64,000 bases of DNA from Podarcis tiliguerta (Eukaryota), in assembly GCA_965153285.1 (NCBI GenBank), contig OZ229115.1. The stretch is one strand, 5' to 3'. Numbering within the stretch: position 1 is the stretch's first letter; every line of letters starts with the position of its first letter. Below the pieces are notes generated by a model. It was not told the origin of the DNA, ran no database searches, and was given only the letters and a program-made list of their open reading frames with translations. Shown here in pieces: positions 1-13,200 of the stretch. The position numbers and the translations under genes were made by a program.

Positions 1-2149
1 AGCTGCTGTTATGAACTTAGGTACATTTCAACCCATATGGATTCCACATCTGAATTATACACACATGGCTTGCAAATATATAAAGAAAAAGAAAATAAAC
101 AACTCTTATAGCATCACATGGGAAAACACTAAGTCTGCACCTCTTGCACCATTATTCACTTGGCCTTTCATGACACTTCTGCCACGTGAGGACGGCTTGC
201 TGGGCTTGCATTATTTGCGACTAGGTTCACCACCTGCACAACACTTCTTCACTCAGCTGTTTCTCTCTCACAAGAGTAAAGCTAAGCAAAACACTTTCCA
301 TATTAAGAAAAGCAAATTTGGAAGGGGGAATCAGAAGAGAGGGTAGCAAAAGGGCAAGTGTAGGACAACGGATTCTGCTTGCCATACAACCTTGGACAAA
401 TCAGTTTTTAAGAAGTCCTGATTGTTGCAGTACTCTGTATTGTGTAATAGATATATAACATGCATATTCATGTATATTTAAGTAATTCACAGGGTCTGTA
501 TATAAACTAGTATTGACAACACAATGAGCCATGAATGAAAGATGTGGCATAGCCGCCTTCACAATTTCTGCTCCCAGACTTCAAATTCAGCATGCTTGGT
601 TTACACAGTAGAAAGACAGTATCACTGGGTACAAGTCCTTTGGGATTTGCAAAGTCAGCCACCTGAGCCCTTCCATCTCTCATAGCCATCGTGGCAAGAA
701 ATCCTTTCATCTACGCTGTTTCGAAGATTCATCCATTAACCTGTTTAATCAAAAAGCATCCAGATTTCATCTAAAATCCAATCATGATAATTGCCTTAAA
801 ACCAAGGTCTGCAGTTTTGTGCATGTTGTGAAGTTCCAGGCCATGAGCTAGATGCAGAACTAAATTATACCAAAGTTATGAGGTTACTGAATACAGTTTT
901 GGATCAAATGTCTCCCTAGACTATTTATTTGTTTGTTTGCTTATTAAAAAGATGGATGATGCAAAATTGCTCTCTCTCTTTCTCCTCTGTATCAGCTCAG
1001 CAGGTAGAGTCAGCACAAAACCAGCTACATTTAGTTAGTCAAATGAGCAGATTTGTCTCAAAGACACAGGGGGTGCAGACAGAGTTGAGTAAGGAGGAGG
1101 CTGTGCTGATTATAACTGAGCTCTCCATTTTCTTGCTTTATAAAATATAGATGCTGTATTCAAATGAAAGTGAATCTGGTCCCTTCTCTCCCTGGGCATT
1201 TAGCCTAAACAAACTATAGTGTCAGGGGAATAAATGGCTGAATAGGCAATCACATAATAAAATAACAGCAGTAGAACTGCAATAATTTTGGGTGTGTTAA
1301 TTCTCCTGTCTTTTTCGCCCTGCCTTCCAGTAGTTCATGAGTGACTATTACAATTTGAACCCCAGCTACTGTTGCTCTGAATTTACAGACTTCAGACTCA
1401 GTTTCTATTACTTCCAAAAGTACAAAATGACTATATAGTGCTCAGAGCTCTATGACTCACATAATGATATTTCAACCGCCATTTCTTTCTTCATTTTAAG
1501 ACCTCTTTTACACCTACATTTCTGGTGCATGTGAACGTAAGGCTGGGCTCATAAGCACCACTTATATGGAGGGAATGCTTATTTTAGCAACAGGATGACC
1601 ATTCCTCATTTCGGATGATCCCAGCACTGTTGATCTTCATCAGTTTGTTAACAGTAGCTTGGGCTTTTCAGACAGCCATACAGCAATCACTACCTAAAGC
1701 TTCCTAAGTTTTATTTCTAAAAATATTTTCAACCAAGAAAAAAACCAAGGCAGGAAGGGCCAACCAGAACCTAGCAGTGCTAAGAAAGCTGATTATATTT
1801 GATAAAAGGTGTGGCATATCTACTTCACAATCTGAAAAGCTCTTTTTTCACTATGCATTTAGACACCTCTAAAGACAGTGGGCTATATCTAATGTTAGTC
1901 AGAGCGGACCCATTGAAATTGATGGGTCGTTAATTTCTTTGGGTTGACTCAAAATAGGGATTTGCTGGATATAACCCATCAAAAGCAATTTTTGCATCAT
2001 GGTTCCTGAGATCAAGGAGTAAATTTTCATCTACATCTGGGTACACACACCTGAATGCTACTTTGAATGAAGATGGCAGATGATCAAGACTTCAATGATT
2101 TTGTGGTTGTTCTTTGTTTCTTAAGACTTCCTAAGCAATGCCGGTATGG

Positions 2150-2473
2150 GTTCTAGAATATCACCTGAGAGCACATGATTCGGCTAATATGCTGAAGCTA
2201 ACGAGGACTAGGTCTGATCTAGGCATGCCTGCATGGGAGACCACCCAAGACCACCACCTATACCAGAGCTTTCCAAACTTTTCATGTTGGTGACACACTT
2301 TTTAGACCCCTTTCCAGCCCTGGGAGGAGTGTGGGGAGCGTTCATACAACATACCTACACACTGTAGCCAACACACTAATGTGTCACGGACACACAGTTT
2401 GAAAAGCTGTGACCTATACCAATGTGAGTGCCATGGTGGGAGAAAAGTGAGATATATGTACTAAAGAAATAAA
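2150..2473 (+). mobile_element. Degenerate 5S rRNA-derived SINE interrupted by a hAT MITE
   Basis: 2150-2250 aligns by eye with 5S rRNA (tcacctgaga..gattcggctaat..gaagctaa..gg..ggtctg..atgggagacc). After the inserted MITE it continues into an L2-like tail (ggagaaaagtgagatatatgtactaaagaaataaa). Confidence 0.6.
2264..2411. mobile_element. Non-autonomous hAT element (MITE)
   Basis: TIRs cagagctttccaaact / agtttgaaaagctgtg, with a perfect 8-bp target-site duplication ACCTATAC at 2256-2263 and 2412-2419. Confidence 0.88.
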
Positions 2474-4273
2474 CTGACCAACACAAAATTCACTCATAAA
2501 TTTGCCACACAAAACAGCCCACATCTTGATTAGCACATACTTCCACAAAAGTGTCCCTATCTTTGAAATATTGATCTTGCAAACCCGATTGAGAATGTTT
2601 TCTATTTCCCTTTAATCACACAACTCATTAAAAACAACTCATTTCTCCAATACCAGTGCAGATTTTCAGGGGAGACCTGTACCTGCATTCTTTTTCTCTC
2701 TCCAACTGCTCTCTTCCCCACTGTCTAATTGAATCTAGTAGGCTGCCTGAAAACATCTAGCATCTTGTCTATTTTTTGTTTGCCAGTCTCTTTGCCAACA
2801 TTTTGCAGGCCAAATTCAATAGTCCATTATTTCAGCCTGCCAATTATAAGATTCTTCTCTCTGCAAATTCAGCTGATCATGGTATGGAGGCTGCTGCCTT
2901 GAAGGCAGTTCTATGGTTGAGCAGCCAGCATAAACCACTTACAGTTACTCATCTAGTAAAGGTAATGAGGAATTTGCTGGAAATGATAAACAATCCAACA
3001 TATCTGCTCGAAGAGAAATTTTCTTTATCCTTTTCCCAGCTCCATATGACTGGAATTCAATAAAAGGTTTTGCCATACTCTTTTAGGCTGCAAAGTCTAC
3101 AGTGCAGATGATGATATTCTGTGCAAAAGGTGTGTTAGTGGTGTACTGTCATGATTATCCTGTATTGGCAGATCCAGTAACAGTTTTGAGGATGTTCCAC
3201 AGAAGCTGAAGTCTTATTCATGTAGTAAATAAATAGCTTAAGTCCTGCATGCAGTTTATCATATGTGGCCATGTAAACATTTGTCATGGGTTGCAAATTG
3301 CACATGAGATTCAAACAATTTCCTGCATAAAATAACTTCCATGTAGGAGATTCTGTCTGGGTAAGATGTATTCTTAGGTCTGTTTTACACACTACATAGC
3401 AACATATTAGATTTCACCGTCAAGCATCCATTCAACAGGGAACCAAAGTCAATCTTTGCTCTCTGATAAGGGTACCTGTTCTCCATAAGACACACAAAGT
3501 TTCAAATGCCTGTTTACCATGTTCACACAAAGGCACAAAGAAGCCCCCAGATTCTGCACTTCATCCACAGATGGATAGATAAACCAGGACCTAAATTCAG
3601 AAAGAGGGGCAAGACCGGTATTTGCCTCTTTTCTTGGGATATCATTTCAGAGCTGACTTGGTGGCAGTGAAACAGTCTGCTGATGGATGCCCTGCTGCAA
3701 ATGCTCCTATCCACTAGGATAGTGCAGGAAGCTGCATGAAAGAACATCTACTAATAGTCAAAGACAGATTGGCTATCTCATAAATGCTCCCGGGACCTAG
3801 GATGGATCCATTATCAAGGAACTGATGTTATAGACAGATGCCTACAGTTCCTTTGGGTCTTCCTGCTTTCCTCTCTGATAGGATTCTTTGAGCAAGCTGA
3901 TGCCTACTTTGGGAAATGATCATAGTGGAGAAAAATCACATGTTATGGCTGTGGGCTACTCTGTAGTTCTATGTACATTAGCAGGACAAGCCCTAGCACA
4001 GCTGTTAAGAGGGTATCCTGATAAAAATGCAACTTTTCCATTCCATTTTCATTTCCTCCCACTTTAAATGGCTTATATCCCACTTTGTCTTCCTGAGGGA
4101 ACCCAAAATGACTAAGAGCAAACAGAAAACAAAGTATCAGAATAATCAGCAAAAACACAGTACATATCAAAATATAAAATGACAAATGATTCTTTAGGAT
4201 CCTGTTAAAAACACCCAAAGAGACTAGACATAGGCCCATTTAAGGAAGGTGTAAATGGGTGATAAAGAGACTA

Positions 4274-4513
4274 CAGTGGTACCTCGGGTTACATACCTTC
4301 AGATTACATACACTTCAGTTTACATACGCTTCAGGTTACAGACTCTGCTAACCCAGAAATATTACCTCGGGTTAAGAACTTTGCTTCAGGATGAGAACAG
4401 AAATCGTGCAGCAGCGGCGCAGCGGCAGCAGGAGGCCCCATTAACTAAAGTGGTGCTTCAGGTTAAGAACAGTCCTCCGGAACGAATTAAGTTCTTAACC
4501 CAAGGTACCACTA
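4274..4513. mobile_element. Non-autonomous Tc1/mariner (pogo/Tigger-like) MITE
   Basis: TIRs cagtggtacctcgggtt / aacccaaggtaccact(a), flanked by TA on both sides. Internal ~16-nt subterminal repeats (g-ttacatac-cttca). Confidence 0.88.
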
Positions 4514-6485
4514 TAATGTGTGCAGAGCTGGACCTGAACATTTTGCTGCCTGAATGATGAGCTGGTGCCTGCTCCTCCTTTACACCTAGAAGCTGCCCAT
4601 GCAGACTATTGAATCTTACTTCAACATGGGTGATGGAACAAAGTCTCCTGAGGGTAGCAGCTGCTTAGGGGGTGCAGGCCAGGCCACACTCAGCTCTGTC
4701 ATCCAACACCTTGCTGCTGTCTCTCCCAGTCCCCTAGCATTGGGTCATCCAACACCTCATTGCCCAAGGTGGTTACTTCACTATAATTAATGACAAGCTA
4801 CAGCTCATGATTAGTGAGGCGAGAAAGCAGCAGTGAGCTCCTTTCTGGGAGCCCACACATTTGTGTAGTCCCAGTAAGCCATAATTTGGCTTACTGTGTT
4901 GTGGAAACCAGGCCAATTTCTCAGAAATGGTCTCAACCTCATGTTTGAGTATCAATGTGATGAAGATTTGAGTGGGGGAGAGATTATAAAAAATACCACC
5001 ACAGGAAAAGTTATGTGTCTACAAGGCTCAATATGTCTTCTCTAAGCACCCCAAACAAGAAAGAAATAACATGGCGGTTCTGAACCTCACAGAAGCCTTA
5101 ATCAAAGACATTAGGAGTAGCTTTCTGAGAGAACAAAAACATACATCCATTCTCACTATCCATGGGTTATTACAATATAATTAGGTTTCTTATCCAGTTA
5201 ATAGGAACACCGCACAAGACTTTAGCTAAAGTCAACACTATAAATACAAACATGCATTTAATTGAAACCATTGGTTAGTCCATTTGTCTTGGCACAATTT
5301 GTCTTTTACAAAGCACATATTAATATATTGTGACTGCTCGCTCATCATGTCCACTCCGAAGAAACCTGGGAGAAAAAATGATTTGTTCGTTCAGACGTTT
5401 GTGACTGCTTAAGAGGATTGCTAGTTGGTTAGACCTGAAATCTGTTTTGGTGGATGCAGTGAGTGGCTTTCTTTTTTGTTTGCTCAAGTTCATTCTCTGA
5501 CAGTGGCTTGCATATGTTAAATGCAAACTATATTAAACTATTTGCTTGCATATATTAAACTGGACAAATATTCCAATTAACAAAGTACAGTGATTTTCCC
5601 AAAGAGAGCAACCAATTGTGTAACAGGGGCAATGTGTACTTTACAGGTCTGTGCAACCCTGCCTTGTAAATCAGTCCACAAAAGTTACCAGCCTGAAAAA
5701 AAATGTTTACTAGCTACATTAAATTCCCTGCACTTGTCTGCCTGTAATTCCTTCTCATCTATTGCTACCAAGCTAATGCCTGACTATAAGGCTAACACGA
5801 GCATACAACAAGTCCAAAACTTGGCATCAGATTAAAAATTCAGAATCTTTCTAGCTCTCCTCCTTTCATTTTTAATATCAGCATGACACAGAAATCAAAC
5901 AACTATTTTCACTCTATGCCGTAAGCCAGGCAAAGCTTCTGTTGCTCCATTTCTATTTGCCATGCCGCTGTTAAAGCACAGGAGCAGGGTGGAGAGAGCA
6001 GGTTCACTATTACAAGCCAACATATTTATTTTGTGTAAAACAAGCCACAGCATAAAATACAGAATTTGAGCTACACGGGGCAGAATGTTGGTTATTATTA
6101 TTTTTAATACAGAATTCATGCAATCCTGACAATTCTGGTTCTGGCTTTTACAAGGCATCCTCTAACCAATTTAGTACCAATTAGGGTTGTCACTCAGTCA
6201 AAGAAATCTCAGGCTATTAGTGTTAGAAGTTTCCTGTGGTGTGTTCTTTCTGATAATAATAATAAAAAATCTTCACAGTAACTTCGTTTTGGAAAAATGT
6301 TTGATACTTGCAGGTGTCAATGCATTTATAATCCTGTGGGTTGGAGGAGACAATAAATATGGACAGACCCTGTGAGCCTTTGTAGTTGCAGAGAACAAGC
6401 TATATTTCAAAGCTGGGAGGATAAACATCACTATCTACTACATAGTAGTTTAAGCTCTCACTGCCCTTTCTGTGCTTGAATGGAT

Positions 6486-6522
6486 ATCTTATGACGACCC
6501 ATCTTATGACTACCCATCTTAT
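6486..6522. repeat. 15-bp tandem repeat, about 2.5 copies
   Basis: atcttatgacgaccc atcttatgactaccc atcttat. Confidence 0.85.
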
Positions 6523-8440
6523 TTTGACAAATGGGCTGCCTATATTAAATTATATGCTTAAGTCAGGATAAAAGTCAGCTGACAACGTTGTTGTTTCCCC
6601 CCTCCTTATATATTTGCGACAATAACAATAATAATGGAGGGGGAAGTGGAATAAAGATTGTGAGTTTCAAAACAGACTTTGTTTTCAGGCAGGGCTTGTA
6701 TACACTTCTGCAGCAGGCGCCATCTTAGAAGAGGCACCCACCCTTTCAAAACCTTTTCCAGCTTGGCACATGCCGGTTGCAATTCCTAGACATCTTTAAG
6801 TTAAAAAAATAAGGCACTTTAAAAAATGTATTGCCCAGTTAATTGGGGACACCTTTTCAGTTCCTCAAGAAGGCTTTAACTGATTAATCTAACTAATTGG
6901 GACTGCAATCCCTATGTACACTTAGGTGGGAATGGATCGAGCCAGATTTACCTCAGTATAGGATTGTGCTGTTTAAATGTTGCAGCCTTAGTAATGATAT
7001 TAAGTTCTATTCCTTTTAGCATACACAAAACTACTTCTGACCCACAGAATGATAAACATGGGTCTTTAAAGTTGACGGTGGTGCTGTGAAATGGGCCTCA
7101 CTCCCAGAAGCCGTTTGCAAGATCAAGGCTCAGCTCTGCAAGAGTGAAGATGAGATGGCTTCTAAGCATCTGCAAGTGCGCCTTCCTCACACCACTGAGT
7201 AACCACAAGCAGGCTGCATGTTTGTGCATACAAGCATGCATGCACATGTCATGCTTCTTCAGAGCTTGTGGCTTCGAGGCCTACTTGAGCTCCGACACTT
7301 TTCTCTTTCAAACATTAAACATTGTAATGCGAGTGTTTTCATCCCCAAAAGTGCCGCCGCTAACACAGCTAACTTTTCTGGACCGCTTCTTGTCACATCC
7401 CAATGCTCTTTTACCCCCAAAGCTAACAATGCCTCCTTATTCCGCCAGACAGCCAGGACTGCATCTCTCCTCTGCCTTTCACTGTCGCTCACACACATGC
7501 ATGCTCAACATTCCCTGGGGAGGCAAGTGCACCTGTGTCAGGCCAAGCCCTCAGCTTTCCCTATCACCTTGCCTTTTCTCATCAGTACCACCCTGCATCT
7601 CTGCTCACGTTCCCTTGCTCCTCACGAAGTTCACACGTGCACCCACTTTGAGTTCTTCTGATTTGCTCTGACAAGCAGGAGGGAAGCCCTCGCCCATCAC
7701 CCTGCAGGGCTACAGGGCTTGGCAGGGCTCTGCCAGCTTGGCAGTACCGTGCTTCTCCCCTCCCTCCCTTCATCAGCCTCCAGCCTACAACCAGGGAGAG
7801 GGTATTAACAGGATGAGCTGTGAGGCTGTCTTGAGCAATGATGGCTATGCAATCTATTAAACCAGAATGGATGAGTGTCATTTAAACCCCTCCAGTCAGG
7901 GAACCAGCAGAGGACTTGGGCAGGAGTCTTGTTCTTTGCTGCAGCTGCAGCATCCCATAATAACCGGGCTATTCCAATGCTGCTGAAGCGGTTGAAGCAG
8001 GGGTACAAGTGCTTGTGCCAGGCAAAAGTTCATTTGCTAACAAGAAAGAGATGTTGCAAAAGAGCACAAAGGCAGCAGATTCCCATTCTACCTCTCTTGT
8101 TTGTAAAGGCCATGAAATAATTGATGCCATTCCCGTCTCTGTTTCCTTATTCTCAAAATAGTAACAGCCAATCATTTGCCTGCTACTTTACTAATAATAA
8201 ACTACTATTATCTGCAACTGATGGCAATGAACACTGGCAGAAATGGATCAAAGCCCCAGATTCCAAAGTCCCCTACATTTCAAAGGGCTCAAACCAGAGC
8301 TGCTGCTGGAATCTGCCAGTTTTAGTGCTTCAGGCAAAATACCCGACTGCTACAACTGGCAAAATGGAAACCTCCTTGAAAATCCTGGACAACTCCCAAA
8401 CCTGCTTCTCTTAAAGCACAAATGAAATTGTATTTTATGC

Positions 8441-8615
8441 ACCAGCGTACTGTAGTGGTTTGAGTGTTGGAGTGGCGAGATCCATGTCCAATCCCTGCGC
8501 ACTAACTCTCTGTTCACTAACCTACCTCACAGGGTTGTTTTGAGATCCAAAAAAGCGAGGAGGGGAACTGTGTAGACTGCCTTGAACTGCTTGGAGGAAG
8601 GCAGGATGTAAATCT
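8441..8615 (+). mobile_element. Degenerate tRNA-derived SINE (MIR/Squam3-like)
   Basis: A-box-like tgtagtggtttgagtgttgg, core cctacctcacagggttgtt, tail ttggaggaaggcaggatgtaaat. Same family as 11993-12210. Confidence 0.7.
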
Positions 8616-9468
8616 AAGAAATGACAATATTTCAATTAGGATTTCTGTGAGCAGAGATAAACAACACCAGCTTCTGATTGCAACAAATCAGGATGCCCCT
8701 GAAGGCACAAATATTTTATTATCTTATGTTGTTATTTGCAATTTACACAATGACCCAAAAGGTTTCACACCACAACTCTTTGCTGAGTTAGAGATGTGTT
8801 ACTCATATCCTTTAGCAATACTATAATTGGAACATTTGTTTTACATAGGTGAAAGCACAGCTTGTTATCGTATGCGGTAGAGAGTATATGGCGTAAGCCC
8901 AACCATTTTCTATTTGCTCACGACTGCCAATACCCTGTAGGGCTGTGGTATGTTCATTAATGGCTGGTCTAGGACTGGGGGTTTGGGCTTTACTGGTTCA
9001 TTGTTCAACTACATGATGGGATGTGGTCGCAACAGAACACTAATGTATGTGGAGCAAGTGCTGAGCATTACCCTTGAAAATTTGCCCTTTGACTGCAGTT
9101 TCAAGGCATGTCCGCTGCTGAAAGTGAAAGCCTCTCTGCTCCCTCCCTCTCCCCCAAAAGAAAGGATCACATGGCTGGAAAACTCTTTCTTGGGTTTCCT
9201 CTCACTCATGTGAAAAGGCCTGGGGCGATGCAGTAGCAGAATGCAAGAGCTCAGTTCCCAGCTCAAATTCACAATCAAATGAGTGCTAGAAGTAGCCTGG
9301 CATCATTAAGATCCTCTTCAACAGCCACTCTACATACTGGCAAATCTGACTGACCCTAGTCAATCATGTCTGAATTTTCGCAAATTAATTTGATTAGATG
9401 CCTGCAAACTGAAATCCGGCCAAATCTGTAGAGCAAGCAAACAAATAAACAACCAACAAGTAAACTTA

Positions 9469-9731
9469 GGGGCTCATCTATACCCGCTTGTCCTGTGCTT
9501 AGAAAGCATGGGTCTGAGCTGTTTTCTGCTTGTCCTGTGCTTTCCAGGCACAGATCTGAGTGGTTTTACCCTTGCCCAGCCACTTTCCCATGGAAAACCC
9601 ATTCTTTAGTGATAAATCAGAGCAAATGGAAATCCACAGAGAACCCATTTGCCGTTTGCTCTGTTTCAGTGCTAAACTGCAGCTTTTCCCAGGGGAAAGT
9701 GGCAGGGCAAACAAAAGTGTGGATAAGCCTC
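9469..9731. mobile_element. Fold-back MITE (PIF/Harbinger-like ends)
   Basis: Ends ggggctcatctatac / gtgtggataagcctc. The internal arms ttgcccagccactttcccatggaaaa..cagagcaaatgg and ccgtttgctctg..ttttcccaggggaaagtggcagggcaa are reverse complements. Confidence 0.7.
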
Positions 9732-11280
9732 CGGGAAGGACAGTTCAAAACAGGTCAAGAAATAGTTCTCCCATAAAGGACAGCCCAAGACCTGGGATAA
9801 TAAAATGATGGCAATCCTGCAAGCCTTAAAAGAATCAGTGGTGGTTTAAAAATCTCATTCTTCAATTTCCAAAAGCTACTTATTTATTTATTTTTAAAAA
9901 CCTAGTTGTATCACCCTGTGTATTTGAATATTGAAGAAAGCATTCCAATATCAATCATAAGCCAATCCACGCTCTGAAACGTGGGACAACATTGCTTTCC
10001 TTTCAGTGCTCATCACTGTTGCCCAACGATATAGTGTTTTCAAAGTCACGAGAATGATTAATCTAAGCCACATATCAAAGCTATTTTAGCAAACATCACT
10101 ACAAGCCTAATAATTCATCATAACCCTTATCACATCTAGAGATATGCTACAGTAACTATTGCCCAGGTTCAACAAGAGGGATAACACATATGGAAGCTGC
10201 TTCCACACACTGATTTCTTTGTTGAATTGGGAATCAGTTCCAGATTGAATGAGGATGGACACTGAGATACCTCTCTGTATTGTGATGCATAGGTGGAAGT
10301 GAGGCTTCTAGTATTGCCTCCTAACTGAAAATGTGCCATATGGAATAGTAATCTGTATTTCAGGAATGCCACCATATGGAAGCAGTTTGCCTCTCCTGCA
10401 GGTTAATGTCTAAACTATGATTATCCAACAGATAACAAGCTTATGTTTTTCCTCAGTAAATATGGTAAAGTGTAGCATCCCAAGTCCAAGCCCACCTTCC
10501 CGTAATGGGAAGTTAGTCCTATTAAAACCAACAGGACTTGTGCTGTTGAATGTATGGAGGAACTAGACATTGTGGGAGACAGTTCTGGCTTTAGCAAATC
10601 CACAAGGAGATGGCCTTGGCATTAGTTTCTGTACAGAACCAGCATGATGATTTGCCAACATCTTGGCAGTGTCAACAGTGATTGCCCTCTGGACGACATG
10701 CGTGTGAGTGAGAGATCATAATTTTGATATTTATAAAATTCACATGACACCGAGTTATTCTGAATAATTGACTGATGTGTGATGGGTTGATTCTGAAGAG
10801 TGTAGGGTCTTAATTTTTAAAGTGCACAGGATGCATCTACAATGAATTGGGGAATAAAAGGGGTGTAGCTTCCGTGCTCCTTGCTTAATGTTATGCTAGC
10901 AACACTGCCTTTCTTCCCAAGACCCTCAGCTGTTCTTTGCTGCTGCCATTTGGCAGGCTCCTGGTGACTGTTTTTCTGGCTGGAATGGCAGAACCTAAAG
11001 CTGTTTGTTAACTCTCCTTGGCTATGTATTATAGTTGTTTTTCCATGCATAAAATAGTTCCAAGATGCATCCATGACTTATTTTTGGCGTTGCTCACTCC
11101 GTAGTATAGGTAACTGATTTCTTAATTCCTTAATGGATACTGACTGCTGATCAAATTCAGCTACTGATAGATGCCTCCTGGCTTCTGGCTTCCTCAACAG
11201 CTATAAGGCATCAACTTTATTGAAGAATGTGAAAAGGTTTCTTTTAAAAGAAGAGCTTAAGAAAATACATCTTGCAGAAC

Positions 11281-11405
11281 TAGCCAACCTGGTGCCCCTG
11301 AAATAGTATGGATCACTACTCCCATCATCCCTGACCACTGGCCATGCTGTCTGGGGTTAATGGGAACTATAGTTCAAAACATCTGGATGGCACCATGTTG
11401 ACTAG
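11281..11405. mobile_element. Palindromic hAT-type MITE (actacaactcccatc family)
   Basis: gccaacctggtgccc..actactcccatca..tgggaactatagtt..ggcaccatgttgac. Related copies occur elsewhere in the window. Confidence 0.7.
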
Positions 11406-11992
11406 TCCCGGTATACTCTGATTTATGCCTGCTTAGCATTCCCCATCGATTGCCAGGGACATTCTCTCAGGCAAGTGTGCATAGGACTGCAGTCTTAATG
11501 TGCCAGGATTGCCATCTGGCTAGGAATTTGTTGACACCACCAACCCTTCAATATCAGGTGGGAAGAAATATAATTCAAATCTGACTTCGTTTTACAATTT
11601 GAACACTTTCAATATTCAGTTTTAAAACCTGATTTTAAGGGATTATCACCTTGACTTTTAAGGATCAACTTATCAGATTCAGGGATATAAAAACAGGTAT
11701 AGATTGGTTGGGTGGAGTTGTGTTTTGTTGCAGTAGTACGATTCTTGCTGTTTTGCTATGATTTGTAGGAGAGGTACAGGAACCTTACAAGGCTACTTGG
11801 ATAATGTTGGAGATGTGGTGGAGGTGGGTGAGAAATGTGGACTCTGTCAGCCATATTTCATGAGAATATGTTAGTACCATGAAAAATTATCACCACCACC
11901 CAGTTTGGGACTTGGGAGAAAAGCAGAGCTTTGTGACTTGAGGACATCTCTCAGAAATGGACCTACATGTAATCTTTCCTATGAAATAAGAA

Positions 11993-12210
11993 GAGAGCCA
12001 GTGTAGTGTAGCAGTTATCGTGTTGGACTAGGAGCTGGGAGACTAGGGTTCAAATCCTCACTTGGCCAGGAAGCTCCCTGGGTGACCACGGACCTGCCAG
12101 TGCCTCCCAGCCCAGTCTACCTCACAGGGTTGTTGTTGGGCTTAAATGTGGAGTGAGAGAACCATGTAAACAACCTTGAGCTTCTTGGAGAAAGAAGTGG
12201 GCTATAAATG
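11993..12210 (+). mobile_element. tRNA-derived SINE (MIR/Squam3-like)
   Basis: A box tgtagcagttatcgtgttgg, B box gggttcaaatcc, core ctacctcacagggttgttgt, L2-like tail ggagaaagaagtgggctataaat. Confidence 0.8.
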
Positions 12211-12276
12211 ATGATGATAGTTATTCTGATATGAAGGTATACCCAAATAAGACTGACCAATCCTGTGTTTTAGATA

Positions 12277-12632
12277 AAGGTAAAGGTACCCCTGCCCATA
12301 CGGGCCAGTCTTGACAGACTCTAGGGTTGTGCGCCCATCTCACTCAAGAGGCCGGGGGCCAGCGCTGTCCGGAGACACTTCCGGGTCACGTGGCCAGCGT
12401 GACATCACTGCTCTGGCGAGCCAGAGCCGCACACGGAACGCCGTTTACCTTCCCGCTAGTAAATGGTCCCTATTTATCTACTTGCACCTGGGAGTGCTTT
12501 CGAACTGCTAGGTTGGCAGGCGCTGGGACCGAGCAACGGGAGCGCACCCCGCCGCGGGGATTCGAACCGCCGACCTTTCGATCAGCAAGCCCTAGGCGCT
12601 GAGGCTTTTACCCACAGCGCCACCCGCGTCCC
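12277..12632 (-). mobile_element. Full-length Sauria SINE, young copy
   Basis: On the minus strand: gggacgcgggtggcgctgtggg head, B box ggttcgaatcc, body tagataaataggg, (ACCTTT)n tail. CpGs largely intact. TSD gtgttttagata at 12265-12276 and 12664-12675. Confidence 0.93.
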
Positions 12633-13020
12633 AAAGATATCTCAGGCCAAATGCTCAGGCCAAGTGTTTTAGATATCTCAGGCCAAATGCTGACATACTT
12701 TCCACATATCTACATATCTACAGGATATCTAAGATGAAATAAAAAGAGGTGCTTCAGAGGTATTTAATATTTAGTTTAAAGGAGTTGTCTTGGTAATCCG
12801 GTACGGAAGGATTAGAGAGCTGAAAGTGTTGAACAATACAAGCCTTAGCAGGGAATGCAGAAAGTATCTCCAGTGCTGCTGTGATGAACTTTAGGCAGAA
12901 ACTTCAAAACTGAAGCAGCTTCTGGGAACACCAGAAATAAGTGTTCCTAAATCCCTGCCTTGAGCAAGTTGGTGGTGCTAATCCCACCTGGGTCAAAAAT
13001 GCCAGCACAGGAGATAATAG

Positions 13021-13200
13021 AGGGAAGGGGCATGGCCCAGTGGTGGATCAAATGGTTTGCATGCAGAAGATTCCCAATTCATTCCCTGAAATCTATAGGC
13101 AGGGCAGAGAAAAACTCTTGCCTAAAATCCTGGAAATCTGTTGCCAGTCAGTGCCAACAATAGATGGACTATTAATCCAAAGGTATAAGACAGATTCCTA
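13021..13200 (+). mobile_element. Degenerate tRNA-derived SINE
   Basis: tRNA-like head (tggcccagtggtgg..tttgcatgcagaagattcccaattcattccctg), body cctggaaatctgttgccagtcagtg, tail ggtataagacagattccta. Confidence 0.65.

Noticed and set aside
2150-2250. 5S rRNA gene
   Set aside because: Too diverged, single copy, interrupted and followed by a retroposon tail; a SINE head or pseudogene, not a functional rRNA gene.
4286-4345. Short regularly spaced repeats resembling a CRISPR-like array
   Set aside because: They are head-to-tail ~16-nt subterminal repeats inside a mariner-type MITE, with no unique spacers, in a eukaryotic genome.
7144-7671. 175-aa and 147-aa plus-strand ORFs
   Set aside because: No family resemblance, non-ATG or weak starts, overlapping frames and no supporting splice structure.
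12540-12632. tRNA gene suggested by A and B boxes (also at 14842, 28240 and 11993)
   Set aside because: These are the tRNA-derived heads of SINEs, continuing into SINE bodies and tails.
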